DNA of 64,000 nucleotides, taken from positions 17,918,001 to 17,982,000 of the forward strand of contig OZ059895.1 of assembly GCA_964057225.1 (NCBI GenBank). Reading direction: 5' to 3'. Each line of letters begins with the position of its first letter. Positions within the stretch are counted from its first letter, which is position 1. The notes under the pieces were generated by a model. The model was not told the DNA's origin. It saw nothing but the letters and a program-made list of their open reading frames with translations, and did no database searches. Shown here in pieces: positions 13,629 through 28,204 of this stretch. The stretch is from Auanema rhodensis (taxonomy: Eukaryota; Animalia; Nematoda). Both the position numbers and the translations under genes were made by a program.

Positions 13629-15900
13629 CGTTCCGTTATGCTCCTGCGTCGATAATATAAACCATTGTAGTTTATACCATGACGCGAATAGTATTCCTTG
13701 GTGTAGCGGTAGGAATACAGAGCATAAGGTCAATCATAAGATAAAAGAGAGAAAGATTTATTGGCATGAAACTACAACAATAATATACAAAGATAAAGAT
13801 ACAATACAATAAGATAAATATAAGTATAAAGACTAAACTACAAGCCGTCCATGAGCTTGCTAAGAGGCGAACTCCCGACCAAGGGAACGAGGGAAGGCGG
13901 AGCCATTCCTCGGTCCTCTGGTCGTCTGGCTCTAACCCTTCAGCTACATATATGGGGAGTCCGAATGGAACGTGCCCTTTTTCAAAGATTTTTCGCGTCC
14001 GCGCGATATAAAGTGTTTTTAGTGTATATGTAGCTGAGTTTTAGAGTCTAGGAGTTTACAAATAAAATTAAAAGTTTTAAAATCTACACGTAGAAAGATA
14101 TATAAATAATTTTAATAGGTTTCTTTATGGTATTAAGATAGAATTTGAATACAATAATAGGTTTTATGTTATTTTGTAACGGAGGATTAGAAAATAAATT
14201 TAGTCATTGTAGTACTGTAATAAAAAAAAATTCTTTGTTTCATGAATGTGTGATTTATGTGAGATAATAAGGAATTATTAAACATTTCCGTTACATGGTT
14301 ACTCGTATCCTAATGATGATGGGGATAATTTTATTTAATAATTTACTCGTCTCCATATGTCTCTCTGAATGAATCCTTGAGTACTAATGGAGGCTACCAC
14401 TCAGATGGGGTGTGGCTTAGGCGCCTGCCAATGTTCGTCTCTTCTTGGAGATACATATGGAGCTCAGTTTAGCGCAAAATATTATCTCTATCGGTCGTAT
14501 AGGATTACGGTAGTCATTTATTTCTATTATATTTTTGCTTATTCCTTGTTTTTAGTTGTTTACTCACTTAATCTCTCATCAAAAATTTTCTAATTCACCG
14601 TTACTTTCATTTTACAATTTACAGAAAAGAAAAGAATGTATATAAAGTTTTTTCTGTCGTCGGCTATGATGAAGTCCGGATCTTTGTCGGTGTCGTCAGA
14701 AAGTGAATATGTGCCTTCTCGGGGAGTATAGAATTTGTCGACTTGCGGCTTCGGCTTCTCGGCTGGTTGGTGCGGTTCTTCTATTTGAACACTGAGAAGT
14801 CGGGTGCGGCTTCGGGTACGACTTGCGACAGTAGCGTCACTGTTGATATCGGACGGTTAAAGGGCTGGGAAAGCCGATGAAAATCTTTTGGCCACCTTTG
14901 TAGGACATTTGGTTTGGAAAAACCGAGAATGGTGAGCTACGTGTGGGATGTTGACGTAAGGTGCCTAAGATTCTTTTAGATGTGTTTTGGGAGAGAGAGA
15001 TTCAGGAGCAGAAGAACAGTCGTGCTTCGCTGAGCAATGCGGAGGGTAAATGAGAAGGAGTTTTTCAAATCCTGGCCAGGAATCTGACTCCGCCAATCTA
15101 CCGTAAGCTTATTATAGTTAATGATGTTTATCTCTTCTCAAAAACTATTTTTATCCGCTCTTGCACTTTCCTCTAATTTTGTTTTCTTACTGTTCTAGAA
15201 TCTTTAAAAAAAACTTTATTCATGTCGTCCCCTTTGTACTTTTGCGGCCTTTGGACATTTATTTTAAGGTTAGAAACAAAAGAAAAGAGAAGAAAGAAAG
15301 AAAAAAATGGATTTCCAACGTTATAATCCCACTGGCATGACTTATGTCCTGTGGAAATTATACGAATCCATCGTTGAGTACGATGGAGAAGGAGTTTTGG
15401 CTTATAGGCCAAATCTTGATATAATTTTAATGGTTCGTGTATCACCATTTTATGTTTGATTACTTGATTACTTTAGTTTATCGAAGATCTCCAAATGTAT
15501 TATTTGGGGCAGGGCCATATAAACTTTGCCACCTTCGTAGATGTAGCTCCCGAAGTGGAGCTTGTTGGTCGAAGGTGCTAAGTTGATCTATGCGCTCATA
15601 TATATAATGGTAGGGCCGGTTTATTAACCGCACGTCCTTGGGCCTGGTACCAGGAAAAGAGTCATTTTTATTATTATTTATTATATAGATTATTGTTTAA
15701 AATCTATATTGTTTATGATGACTCATTATTTGGTTTGGAACTTAGGGTTTCGCGAGGTTTAGAATATAGTGAAGATTTAATTGCGAGCGAAACTCCTATG
15801 TTTCTTGCCTCTGAGTTTCGAACTCGGATGCAAATCAAATATGGGTATTGACTGAATAAAGTTTGTACTCTGTGTTTTTATTTTTGTGCACTATTGTGCA
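13629..15900 (-). mobile_element. Truncated LTR retrotransposon: 3' LTR (13629-13972), polypurine tract and about 1.9 kb of decayed internal sequence
   Basis: LTR differs from 3426-3770 by about 5 substitutions and 1 indel. The minus strand reads GAAAAAGGGCA immediately before the LTR (13973-13983). A stop-interrupted minus-strand frame runs about 15108-14590 (...ATVASRTRSRTRLLSVQIEEP...). No second LTR or TSD; array spacer resumes at 15901. No RT or integrase motif recognised. Confidence 0.7.
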
Positions 15901-15955
15901 ATATTGTTCATCCACAAGCAGTGACTGTATAGAAATATTTTTCTATCTTATTGTA

Positions 15956-18900
15956 GCCTCTATAGCTCAGTGGCAGAGCGTTGGTCTTGTAAACCAAAGG
16001 TCGGTGGTTCAATCCCGCCTGGAGGCATTTTTTTCTTTCTAAACACCTCAGTTTGAAGAAATAACATCTGTAAATCAATTCATAATTACCCTCAACTGCT
16101 GAGCTTCGCCTCGTTCTTGTTTCTATTTGTTTCATATTGTTCATCCACAAACAGTGACTGTATAGAAATATTTTTTTATCTTATTGTAGCCTCTACAGCT
16201 CAGTGGCAGAGCGTTGGTCTTGTAAACCAAAGGTCGGAGGTTAAATCCCGCCTGGAGGCATTTTTTTTCTTTCTGAACACCTCAGTTTGAAGAAATAACA
16301 TCTGTAAATCAATTCAAAATTACCCTCAACTGCTGAGCTTCGCCTCGTTCCTTTTTCTATTTGTTTTATATTGTTCATCCACAAGCAGTGACTGTATAGA
16401 AATATTTTTCTTTCTTATTGTAGCCTCTATAGCTCAGTGGCTGAGCGTTGGTCTTGTAAACCAAAGGTCGGTGGTTCAATCCCGCCTGGAGGCATTTTTT
16501 TTCTTTCTGAACACCTTGGTTTGAAGAAATAACATCTGTAAATCAATTCAGAATTACCCTCAACTGCTGAGCTTCGCCTCGTTCCTTTTTCTATTTGTTT
16601 TATATTGTTCATCCACAAGCAGTGACTGTATAGAAATATTTTTCTTTCTTATTGTAGCCTCTATAGCTCAGTGGCTGAGCGTTGGTCTTGTAAACCAAAG
16701 GTCGGTGGTTCAATCCCGCCTGGAGGCATTTTTTTTCTTTCTGAACACCTTGGTTTGAAGAAATAACATCTGTAAATCAATTCAGAATTACCCTCAACTG
16801 CTGAGCTTCGCCTCGTTCCTTTTTCTATTTGTTTTATATTGTTCATCCACAAGCAGTGACTGTATAGAAATATTTTTCTTTCTTATTGTAGCCTCTATAG
16901 CTCAGTGGCTGAGCGTTGGTCTTGTAAACCAAAGGTCGGTGGTTCAATCCCGCCTGGAGGCATTTTTTTTCTTTCTGAACACCTTGGTTTGAAGAAATAA
17001 CATCTGTAAATCAATTCAGAATTACCCTCAACTGCTGAGCTTCGCCTCGTTCCTTTTTCTATTTGTTTTATATTGTTCATCCACAAGCAGTGACTGTATA
17101 GAAATATTTTTCTTTCTTATTGTAGCCTCTATAGCTCAGTGGCTGAGCGTTGGTCTTGTAAACCAAAGGTCGGTGGTTCAATCCCGCCTGGAGGCATTTT
17201 TTTTCTTTCTGAACACCTTGGTTTGAAGAAATAACATCTGTAAATCAATTCAGAATTACCCTCAACTGCTGAGCTTCGCCTCGTTCTTGTTTCTATTTGT
17301 TTCATATTGTTCATCCACAAACAGTGACTGTATAGAAATATTTTTCTATCTTATTGTAGCCTCTATAGCTCAGTGGCAGAGCGTTGGTCTTGTAAACCAA
17401 AGGTCGGTGGTTCAATCCCGCCTGGAGGCATTTTTTTTCTTTCTGAACACCTCAGTTTGAAGAAATAACATCTGTAAATCAATTCAAAATTACCCTCAAC
17501 TGCTGAGCTTCGTCTCGTTCCTGTTTCTATTTGTTTCATATTGTTCATCCACAAACAGTGACTGTATAGAAATATTTTTCTTTCTTATTGTAGCCTCTAT
17601 AACTCAGTGGCAGAGCGTTGGTCTTGTAAACCAAAGGTCGGTGGTTCAATCCCGCCTGGAGGCATTTTTTTTCTTTCTGAACACCTCAGTTTGAAGAAAT
17701 AACATCTGTAAATCAATTCAGAATTACCCTCAACTGCTGAGCTTCGCCTCGTTCTTGTTTCTATTTGTTTCATATTGTTCATCCACAAACAGTGACTGTA
17801 TAGAAATATTTTTCTATCTTATTGTAGCCTCTATAGCTCAGTGGCAGAGCGTTGGTCTTGTAAACCAAAGGTCGGTGGTTCAATCCCGCCTGGAGGCATT
17901 TTTCTTCTTTCTGAACACCTCAGTTTGAAGAAATAACATCAGTAAATCAATTCAAAATTACCCTCAACTGCTGAGCTTCGCCTCGTTCCTGTTTCTATTT
18001 GTTTCATATTGTTCATCCACAAACAGTGACTGTATAGAAATATTTTTCTTTCTTATTGTAGCCTCTATAGCTCAGTGGCAGAGCGTTGGTCTTGTAAACC
18101 AAAGGTCGGTGGTTCAATCCCGCCTGGAGGCATTTTTTTTCTTTCTGAACACCTCAGTTTGAAGAAATAACATCTGCAAATCAATTCAAAATTACCCTCA
18201 ACTGCTGAGCTTCGGATCGTTGCTGTTTCTATTTGTTGCATATTGTTCATCCACAAACAGTGACTGTATAGAAATATTTTTCTTTCTTATTGTAGCCTCT
18301 ATAGCTCAGTGGCAGAGCGTTGGTCTTGTAAACCAAAGGTCGGAGGTTAAATCCCGCCTGGAGGCATTTTTTTTCTTTCTGAACACCTTAGTTTGAAGAA
18401 ATAACATCTGTAAATCAATTCAGAATTACCCTCAACTGCTGAGCTTCGCCTCGTTCCTTTTTCTATTTGTTTTATATTGTTCATCCACAAGCAGTGACTG
18501 TATAGAAATATTTTTATTTCTTATTGTAGCCTCTATAGCTCAGTGGCAGAGCGTTGGTCTTGTAAACCAAAGGTCGGTGGTTCAATCCCGCCTGGAGGCA
18601 ATTATTTTTCGTTCTGAGCACCTCAGTTTGAAGAAATAACATCTGTAAATCAATTCAGAATTACCCTCAACTGCTGAGCTTCGCCTCGTTCTTGTTTCTA
18701 TTTGTTTCATATTGTTCATCCACAAGCAGTGACTGTATAGAAATATTTTTCTTTCTTATTGTAGCCTCTATAGCTCAGTGGCAGAGCGTTGGTCTTGTAA
18801 ACCAAAGGTCGGTGGTTCAATCCCGCCTGGAGGCAATTATTTTTCGTTCTGAGCACCTCATTTTGAAGAAATAACATCTGTAAATCAATTCAGAATTACC

Positions 18901-21900
18901 CTCAACTGCTGAGCTTCGCCTCGTTCTTGTTTCTATTTGTTTCATATTGTTCATCCACAAACAGTGACTGTATAGAAATATTTTTTTATCTTATTGTAGC
19001 CTCTACAGCTCAGTGGCAGAGCGTTGGTCTTGTAAACCAAAGGTCGGAGGTTAAATCCCGCCTGGAGGCATTTTTTTTCTTTCTGAACACCTCAGTTTGA
19101 AGAAATAACATCTGTAAATCAATTCAAAATTACCCTCAACTGCTGAGCTTCGCCTCGTTCCTTTTTCTATTTGTTTTATATTGTTCATCCACAAGCAGTG
19201 ACTGTATAGAAATATTTTTCTTTCTTATTGTAGCCTCTATAGCTCAGTGGCTGAGCGTTGGTCTTGTAAACCAAAGGTCGGTGGTTCAATCCCGCCTGGA
19301 GGCATTTTTTTTCTTTCTGAACACCTTGGTTTGAAGAAATAACATCTGTAAATCAATTCAGAATTACCCTCAACTGCTGAGCTTCGCCTCGTTCCTTTTT
19401 CTATTTGTTTTATATTGTTCATCCACAAGCAGTGACTGTATAGAAATATTTTTCTTTCTTATTGTAGCCTCTATAGCTCAGTGGCTGAGCGTTGGTCTTG
19501 TAAACCAAAGGTCGGTGGTTCAATCCCGCCTGGAGGCATTTTTTTTCTTTCTGAACACCTTGGTTTGAAGAAATAACATCTGTAAATCAATTCAGAATTA
19601 CCCTCAACTGCTGAGCTTCGCCTCGTTCCTTTTTCTATTTGTTTTATATTGTTCATCCACAAGCAGTGACTGTATAGAAATATTTTTCTTTCTTATTGTA
19701 GCCTCTATAGCTCAGTGGCTGAGCGTTGGTCTTGTAAACCAAAGGTCGGTGGTTCAATCCCGCCTGGAGGCATTTTTTTTCTTTCTGAACACCTTGGTTT
19801 GAAGAAATAACATCTGTAAATCAATTCAGAATTACCCTCAACTGCTGAGCTTCGCCTCGTTCCTTTTTCTATTTGTTTTATATTGTTCATCCACAAGCAG
19901 TGACTGTATAGAAATATTTTTCTTTCTTATTGTAGCCTCTATAGCTCAGTGGCTGAGCGTTGGTCTTGTAAACCAAAGGTCGGTGGTTCAATCCCGCCTG
20001 GAGGCATTTTTTTTCTTTCTGAACACCTTGGTTTGAAGAAATAACATCTGTAAATCAATTCAGAATTACCCTCAACTGCTGAGCTTCGCCTCGTTCTTGT
20101 TTCTATTTGTTTCATATTGTTCATCCACAAACAGTGACTGTATAGAAATATTTTTCTATCTTATTGTAGCCTCTATAGCTCAGTGGCAGAGCGTTGGTCT
20201 TGTAAACCAAAGGTCGGTGGTTCAATCCCGCCTGGAGGCATTTTTTTTCTTTCTGAACACCTCAGTTTGAAGAAATAACATCTGTAAATCAATTCAAAAT
20301 TACCCTCAACTGCTGAGCTTCGTCTCGTTCCTGTTTCTATTTGTTTCATATTGTTCATCCACAAACAGTGACTGTATAGAAATATTTTTCTTTCTTATTG
20401 TAGCCTCTATAACTCAGTGGCAGAGCGTTGGTCTTGTAAACCAAAGGTCGGTGGTTCAATCCCGCCTGGAGGCATTTTTTTTCTTTCTGAACACCTTGGT
20501 TTGAAGAAATAACATCTGTAAATCAATTCAGAATTACCCTCAACTGCTGAGCTTCGCCTCGTTCCTTTTTCTATTTGTTTTATATTGTTCATCCACAAGC
20601 AGTGACTGTATAGAAATATTTTTCTTTCTTATTGTAGCCTCTATAGCTCAGTGGCTGAGCGTTGGTCTTGTAAACCAAAGGTCGGTGGTTCAATCCCGCC
20701 TGGAGGCATTTTTTTTCTTTCTGAACACCTCAGTTTGAAGAAATAACATCTGTAAATCAATTCAGAATTACCCTCAACTGCTGAGCTTCGCCTCGTTCTT
20801 GTTTCTATTTGTTTCATATTGTTCATCCACAAACAGTGACTGTATAGAAATATTTTTCTATCTTATTGTAGCCTCTATAGCTCAGTGGCAGAGCGTTGGT
20901 CTTGTAAACCAAAGGTCGGTGGTTCAATCCCGCCTGGAGGCATTTTTCTTCTTTCTGAACACCTCAGTTTGAAGAAATAACATCAGTAAATCAATTCAAA
21001 ATTACCCTCAACTGCTGAGCTTCGCCTCGTTCCTGTTTCTATTTGTTTCATATTGTTCATCCACAAACAGTGACTGTATAGAAATATTTTTCTTTCTTAT
21101 TGTAGCCTCTATAGCTCAGTGGCAGAGCGTTGGTCTTGTAAACCAAAGGTCGGTGGTTCAATCCCGCCTGGAGGCATTTTTTTTCTTTCTGAACACCTCA
21201 GTTTGAAGAAATAACATCTGCAAATCAATTCAAAATTACCCTCAACTGCTGAGCTTCGGATCGTTGCTGTTTCTATTTGTTGCATATTGTTCATCCACAA
21301 ACAGTGACTGTATAGAAATATTTTTCTTTCTTATTGTAGCCTCTATAGCTCAGTGGCAGAGCGTTGGTCTTGTAAACCAATGGTCGGAGGTTAAATCCCG
21401 ACTGGAGGCATTTTTTTTCTTTCTGAACACCTTAGTTTGAAGAAATAACATCTGTAAATCAATTCAGAATTACCCTCAACTGCTGAGCTTCGCCTCGTTC
21501 CTTTTTCTATTTGTTTTATATTGTTCATCCACAAGCAGTGACTGTATAGAAATATTTTTATTTCTTATTGTAGCCTCTATAGCTCAGTGGCAGAGCGTTG
21601 GTCTTGTAAACCAAAGGTCGGTGGTTCAATCCCGCCTGGAGGCAATTATTTTTCGTTCTGAGCACCTCAGTTTGAAGAAATAACATCTGTAAATCAATTC
21701 AGAATTACCCTCAACTGCTGAGCTTCGCCTCGTTCTTGTTTCTATTTGTTTCATATTGTTCATCCACAAGCAGTGACTGTATAGAAATATTTTTCTTTCT
21801 TATTGTAGCCTCTATAGCTCAGTGGCAGAGCGTTGGTCTTGTAAACCAAAGGTCGGTGGTTCAATCCCGCCTGGAGGCAATTATTTTTCGTTCTGAGCAC

Positions 21901-24900
21901 CTCATTTTGAAGAAATAACATCTGTAAATCAATTCAGAATTACCCTCAACTGCTGAGCTTCGCCTCGTTCTTGTTTCTATTTGTTTCATATTGTTCATCC
22001 ACAAACAGTGACTGTATAGAAATATTTTTTTATCTTATTGTAGCCTCTACAGCTCAGTGGCAGAGCGTTGGTCTTGTAAACCAAAGGTCGGAGGTTAAAT
22101 CCCGCCTGGAGGCATTTTTTTTCTTTCTGAACACCTCAGTTTGAAGAAATAACATCTGTAAATCAATTCAAAATTACCCTCAACTGCTGAGCTTCGCCTC
22201 GTTCCTTTTTCTATTTGTTTTATATTGTTCATCCACAAGCAGTGACTGTATAGAAATATTTTTCTTTCTTATTGTAGCCTCTATAGCTCAGTGGCTGAGC
22301 GTTGGTCTTGTAAACCAAAGGTCGGTGGTTCAATCCCGCCTGGAGGCATTTTTTTTCTTTCTGAACACCTTGGTTTGAAGAAATAACATCTGTAAATCAA
22401 TTCAGAATTACCCTCAACTGCTGAGCTTCGCCTCGTTCCTTTTTCTATTTGTTTTATATTGTTCATCCACAAGCAGTGACTGTATAGAAATATTTTTCTT
22501 ACTTATTGTAGCCTCTATAGCTCAGTGGCTGAGCGTTGGTCTTGTAAACCAAAGGTCGGTGGTTCAATCCCGCCTGGAGGCATTTTTTTTCTTTCTGAAC
22601 ACCTTGGTTTGAAGAAATAACATCTGTAAATCAATTCAGAATTACCCTCAACTGCTGAGCTTCGCCTCGTTCCTTTTTCTATTTGTTTTATATTGTTCAT
22701 CCACAAGCAGTGACTGTATAGAAATATTTTTCTTTCTTATTGTAGCCTCTATAGCTCAGTGGCTGAGCGTTGGTCTTGTAAACCAAAGGTCGGTGGTTCA
22801 ATCCCGCCTGGAGGCATTTTTTTTCTTTCTGAACACCTTGGTTTGAAGAAATAACATCTGTAAATCAATTCAGAATTACCCTCAACTGCTGAGCTTCGCC
22901 TCGTTCCTTTTTCTATTTGTTTTATATTGTTCATCCACAAGCAGTGACTGTATAGAAATATTTTTCTTTCTTATTGTAGCCTCTATAGCTCAGTGGCTGA
23001 GCGTTGGTCTTGTAAACCAAAGGTCGGTGGTTCAATCCCGCCTGGAGGCATTTTTTTTCTTTCTGAACACCTTGGTTTGAAGAAATAACATCTGTAAATC
23101 AATTCAGAATTACCCTCAACTGCTGAGCTTCGCCTCGTTCTTGTTTCTATTTGTTTCATATTGTTCATCCACAAACAGTGACTGTATAGAAATATTTTTC
23201 TATCTTATTGTAGCCTCTATAGCTCAGTGGCAGAGCGTTGGTCTTGTAAACCAAAGGTCGGTGGTTCAATCCCGCCTGGAGGCATTTTTTTTCTTTCTGA
23301 ACACCTCAGTTTGAAGAAATAACATCTGTAAATCAATTCAAAATTACCCTCAACTGCTGAGCTTCGTCTCGTTCCTGTTTCTATTTGTTTCATATTGTTC
23401 ATCCACAAACAGTGACTGTATAGAAATATTTTTCTTTCTTATTGTAGCCTCTATAACTCAGTGGCAGAGCGTTGGTCTTGTAAACCAAAGGTCGGTGGTT
23501 CAATCCCGCCTGGAGGCATTTTTTTTCTTTCTGAACACCTCAGTTTGAAGAAATAACATCTGTAAATCAATTCAGAATTACCCTCAACTGCTGAGCTTCG
23601 CCTCGTTCTTGTTTCTATTTGTTTCATATTGTTCATCCACAAACAGTGACTGTATAGAAATATTTTTCTATCTTATTGTAGCCTCTATAGCTCAGTGGCA
23701 GAGCGTTGGTCTTGTAAACCAAAGGTCGGTGGTTCAATCCCGCCTGGAGGCATTTTTCTTCTTTCTGAACACCTCAGTTTGAAGAAATAACATCAGTAAA
23801 TCAATTCAAAATTACCCTCAACTGCTGAGCTTCGCCTCGTTCCTGTTTCTATTTGTTTCATATTGTTCATCCACAAACAGTGACTGTATAGAAATATTTT
23901 TCTTTCTTATTGTAGCCTCTATAGCTCAGTGGCAGAGCGTTGGTCTTGTAAACCAAAGGTCGGTGGTTCAATCCCGCCTGGAGGCATTTTTTTTCTTTCT
24001 GAACACCTCAGTTTGAAGAAATAACATCTGCAAATCAATTCAAAATTACCCTCAACTGCTGAGCTTCGGATCGTTGCTGTTTCTATTTGTTGCATATTGT
24101 TCATCCACAAACAGTGACTGTATAGAAATATTTTTCTTTCTTATTGTAGCCTCTATAGCTCAGTGGCAGAGCGTTGGTCTTGTAAACCAAAGGTCGGAGG
24201 TTAAATCCCGCCTGGAGGCATTTTTTTTCTTTCTGAACACCTTAGTTTGAAGAAATAACATCTGTAAATCAATTCAGAATTACCCTCAACTGCTGAGCTT
24301 CGCCTCGTTCCTTTTTCTATTTGTTTTATATTGTTCATCCACAAGCAGTGACTGTATAGAAATATTTTTATTTCTTATTGTAGCCTCTATAGCTCAGTGG
24401 CAGAGCGTTGGTCTTGTAAACCAAAGGTCGGTGGTTCAATCCCGCCTGGAGGCAATTATTTTTCGTTCTGAGCACCTCAGTTTGAAGAAATAACATCTGT
24501 AAATCAATTCAGAATTACCCTCAACTGCTGAGCTTCGCCTCGTTCTTGTTTCTATTTGTTTCATATTGTTCATCCACAAGCAGTGACTGTATAGAAATAT
24601 TTTTCTTTCTTATTGTAGCCTCTATAGCTCAGTGGCAGAGCGTTGGTCTTGTAAACCAAAGGTCGGTGGTTCAATCCCGCCTGGAGGCAATTATTTTTCG
24701 TTCTGAGCACCTCATTTTGAAGAAATAACATCTATAAATCAATTCAGAATTACCCTCAACTGCTGAGCTTCGCCTCGTTCTTGTTTCTATTTGTTTCATA
24801 TTGTTCATCCACAAACAGTGACTGTATAGAAATATTTTTCTATCTTATTGTAGCCTCTATAGCTCAGTGGCAGAGCGTTGGTCTTGTAAACCAAAGGTCG

Positions 24901-27900
24901 GTGGTTCAATCCCGCCTGGAGGCAATTATTTTTCGTTCTGAGCACCTCAGTTTGAAGAAATAACATCTGTAAATCAATTCAGAATTACCCTCAACTGCTG
25001 AGCTTCGCCTCGTTCTTGTTTCTATTTGTTTCATATTGTTCATCCACAAGCAGTGACTGTATAGAAATATTTTTATTTCTTATTGTAGCCTCTATAGCTC
25101 AGTGGCAGAGCGTTGGTCTTGTAAACCAAAGGTCGGTGGTTCAATCCCGCCTGGAGGCAATTATTTTTCGTTCTGAGCACCTCAGTTTGAAGAAATAACA
25201 TCTGTAAATCAATTCAGAATTACCCTCAACTGCTGAGCTTCGCCTCGTTCCTTTTTCTATTTGTTTCATATTGTTCATCCACAAACAGTGACTGTATAGA
25301 AATATTTTTCTATCTTATTGTAGCCTCTATAGCTCAGTGGCAGAGCGTTGGTCTTGTAAACCAAAGGTCGGTGGTTCAATCCCGCCTGGAGGCATTTTTT
25401 TTCTTTCTGAACATCTCAGTTTGAAGAAATAACATCTGTAAATCAATTCAAAATTACCCTCAACTGCTGAGCTTCGCCTCGTTCCTTTTTCTATTTGTTG
25501 TATATTGTTCATCCACAAGCAGTGACTGTATAGAAATATTTTTCTTTATATTGTAGCCTCTATAGCTCAGTGGCAGAGCGTTGGTCTTGTAAACCAAAGG
25601 TCGGTGGTTCAATCCCGCCTGGAGGCAATTATTTTTCGTTCTGAGCACCTCAGTTTGAAGAAGTAACATCTGTAAATCAATTCAGAATTACCCTCAACTG
25701 CTGAGCTTCGCCTCGTTCTTGTTTCTATTTGTTTCATATTGTTCATCCACAAGCAGTGACTGTATAGAAATATTTTTATTTCTTATTGTAGCCTCTATAG
25801 CTCAGTGGCAGAGCGTTGGTCTTGTAAACCAAAGGTCGGTGGTTCAATCCCGCCTGGAGGCAATTATTTTTCGTTCTGAGCACCTCAGTTTGAAGAAATA
25901 ACATCTGTAAATCAATTCAGAATTACCCTCAACTGCTGAGCTTCGCCTCGTTCTTGTTTCTATTTGTTTCATATTGTTCATCCACAAACAGTGACTGTAT
26001 AGAAATATTTTTATTTCTTATTGTAGCCTCTATAGCTCAGTGGCAGAGCGTTGGTCTTGTAAACCAAAGGTCGGTGGTTCAATCCCGCCTGGAGGCAATT
26101 ATTTTTCGTTCTGAGCACCTCAGTTTGAAGAAATAACATCTGTAAATCAATTCAGAATTACCCTCAACTGCTGAGCTTCGCCTCGTTCTTGTTTCTATTT
26201 GTTTCATATTGTTCATCCACAAACAGTGACTGTATAGAAATATTTTTCTATCTTATTGTAGCCTCTATAGCTCAGTGGCAGAGCGTTGGTCTTGTAAACC
26301 AAAGGTCGGTGGTTCAATCCCGCCTGGAGGCATTTTTTTTCTTTCTGAACATCTCAGTTTGAAGAAATAACATCTGTAAATCAATTCAAAATTACCCTCA
26401 ACTGCTGAGCTTCGCCTCGTTCCTTTTTCTATTTGTTGTATATTGTTCATCCACAAGCAGTGACTGTATAGAAATATTTTTCTTTATATTGTAGCCTCTA
26501 TAGCTCAGTGGCAGAGCGTTGGTCTTGTAAACCAAAGATCGGTGGTTCAATCCCGCCTGGAGGCAATTATTTTTCGTTCTGAGCACCTCAGTTTGAAGAA
26601 ATAACATCTGTAAATCAATTCAGAATTACCCTCAACTGCTGAGCTTCGCCTCGTTCTTGTTTCTATTTGTTTCATATTGTTCATCCACAAACAGTGACTG
26701 TATAGAAATATTTTTTTTACTTGTTGTAGCCTCTATAGCTCAGTGGCAGAGCGTTGGTCTTGTAAACCAAAGGTCGGTGGTTCAATCCCGCCTAGAGGCA
26801 TTTTTTTTCTTTCTGAACACCTCAGTTTGAAGAAATAACATCTGTAAATCAATTCAAAATTACCCTCAACTGCTGAGCTTCGCCTCGTTCCTGTTTCTAT
26901 TTGTTTCATATTGTTCATCCACAAACAGTGACTGTATAGAAATATTTTTCTTTCTTATTGAAGCCTCTATAGCTCAGTGGCAGATCTTTGGTCTTGTAAA
27001 CCAAAGGTCGGTGGTTCAATCCCGCCTGGAGGCATTTTTTTTCTTTCTGAACACATCAGTTTGAAGAAATAACATCTGTAAATCAATTCAAAATTACCCT
27101 CAACTGCTGAGCTTCGCCTCGTTCTTGTTTCTATTTGTTTCATATTGTTCATCCACAAACAGTGACTGTATAGAAATATTTTTTTTTCTTATTGAAGCCT
27201 CTATAGCTCAGTGGCAGAGCGTTGGTCTTGTAAACCAAAGGTCGGTGGTTCAATCCCGCCTGGAGGCATTTTTTTTCTTTCTGAACACATCAGTTTGAAG
27301 AAATAACATCTGTAAATCAATTCAGAATTACCCTCAACTGCTGAGCTTCGCCTCGTTCCTGTTTCTATTTGTTTCATATTGTTCATCCACCAACAGTGAC
27401 TGTATAGAAATATTTTTCTTTCTTATTGTAGCCTCTATAGCTCAGTGGAAGAGCGTTGGTCTTGTAAACCAAAGGTCGGTGGTTCAATCCCGCCTGGAGG
27501 CATTTTTTTTCTTTCTGAACACCTCAGTTTGAAGAAATAACATCTGTAAATCAATTCAGAATTACCCTCAACTGCTGAGCTTCGCCTCGTTCTTGTTTCT
27601 ATTTGTTTCATATTGCTCATCCACAAACAGTGACTGTATAGAAATATTTTTCTATCTTATTGTAGCCTCTATAGCTCAGTGGAAGAGCGTTGGTCTTGTA
27701 AACCAAAGGTCGGTGGTTCAATCCCGCCTGGAGGCATTTTTTTTCTTTCTGAACACCTCAGTTTGAAGAAATAACATCTGTAAATCAATTCAGAATTACC
27801 TTCAACTGCTGAGCTTCGCCTCGTTCCTGTTTCTATTTGTTTCATATTGTTCATCCACAAACAGTGACTGTATAGAAATATTTTTCTATCTTATTGTAGC

Positions 27901-28204
27901 CTCTATAGCTCAGTGGAAGAGCGTTGGTCTTGTAAACCAAAGGTCGGTGGTTCAATCCCGCCTGGAGGCATTTTTTTTCTTTCTGAACACCTCAGTTTCA
28001 AGAAATAACATCTGTAAATCAATTCAAAATTACCTTCAACTGCTGAGCTTCGCCTCGTTGCTGTTTCTATTTGTTGCATATTGTTCATCCACAAACAGTG
28101 ACTGTATAGAAATATTTTTCTATCTTATTGTAGCCTCTATAGCTCAGTGGAAGAGCGTTGGTCTTGTAAACCAAAGGTCGGTGGTTCAATCCCGCCTGGA
28201 GGCA
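15956..28204 (+). tRNA. trnT-UGU: About 53 tandem full-length tRNA-Thr(TGT) genes (right block)
   Basis: Count from (28133-15956)/234. Same cloverleaf, with block-specific variants (GGCTGAGC D-loop, GGAGGTTAAATC T-arm, AATTATTTTT trailer). Confidence 0.93.
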
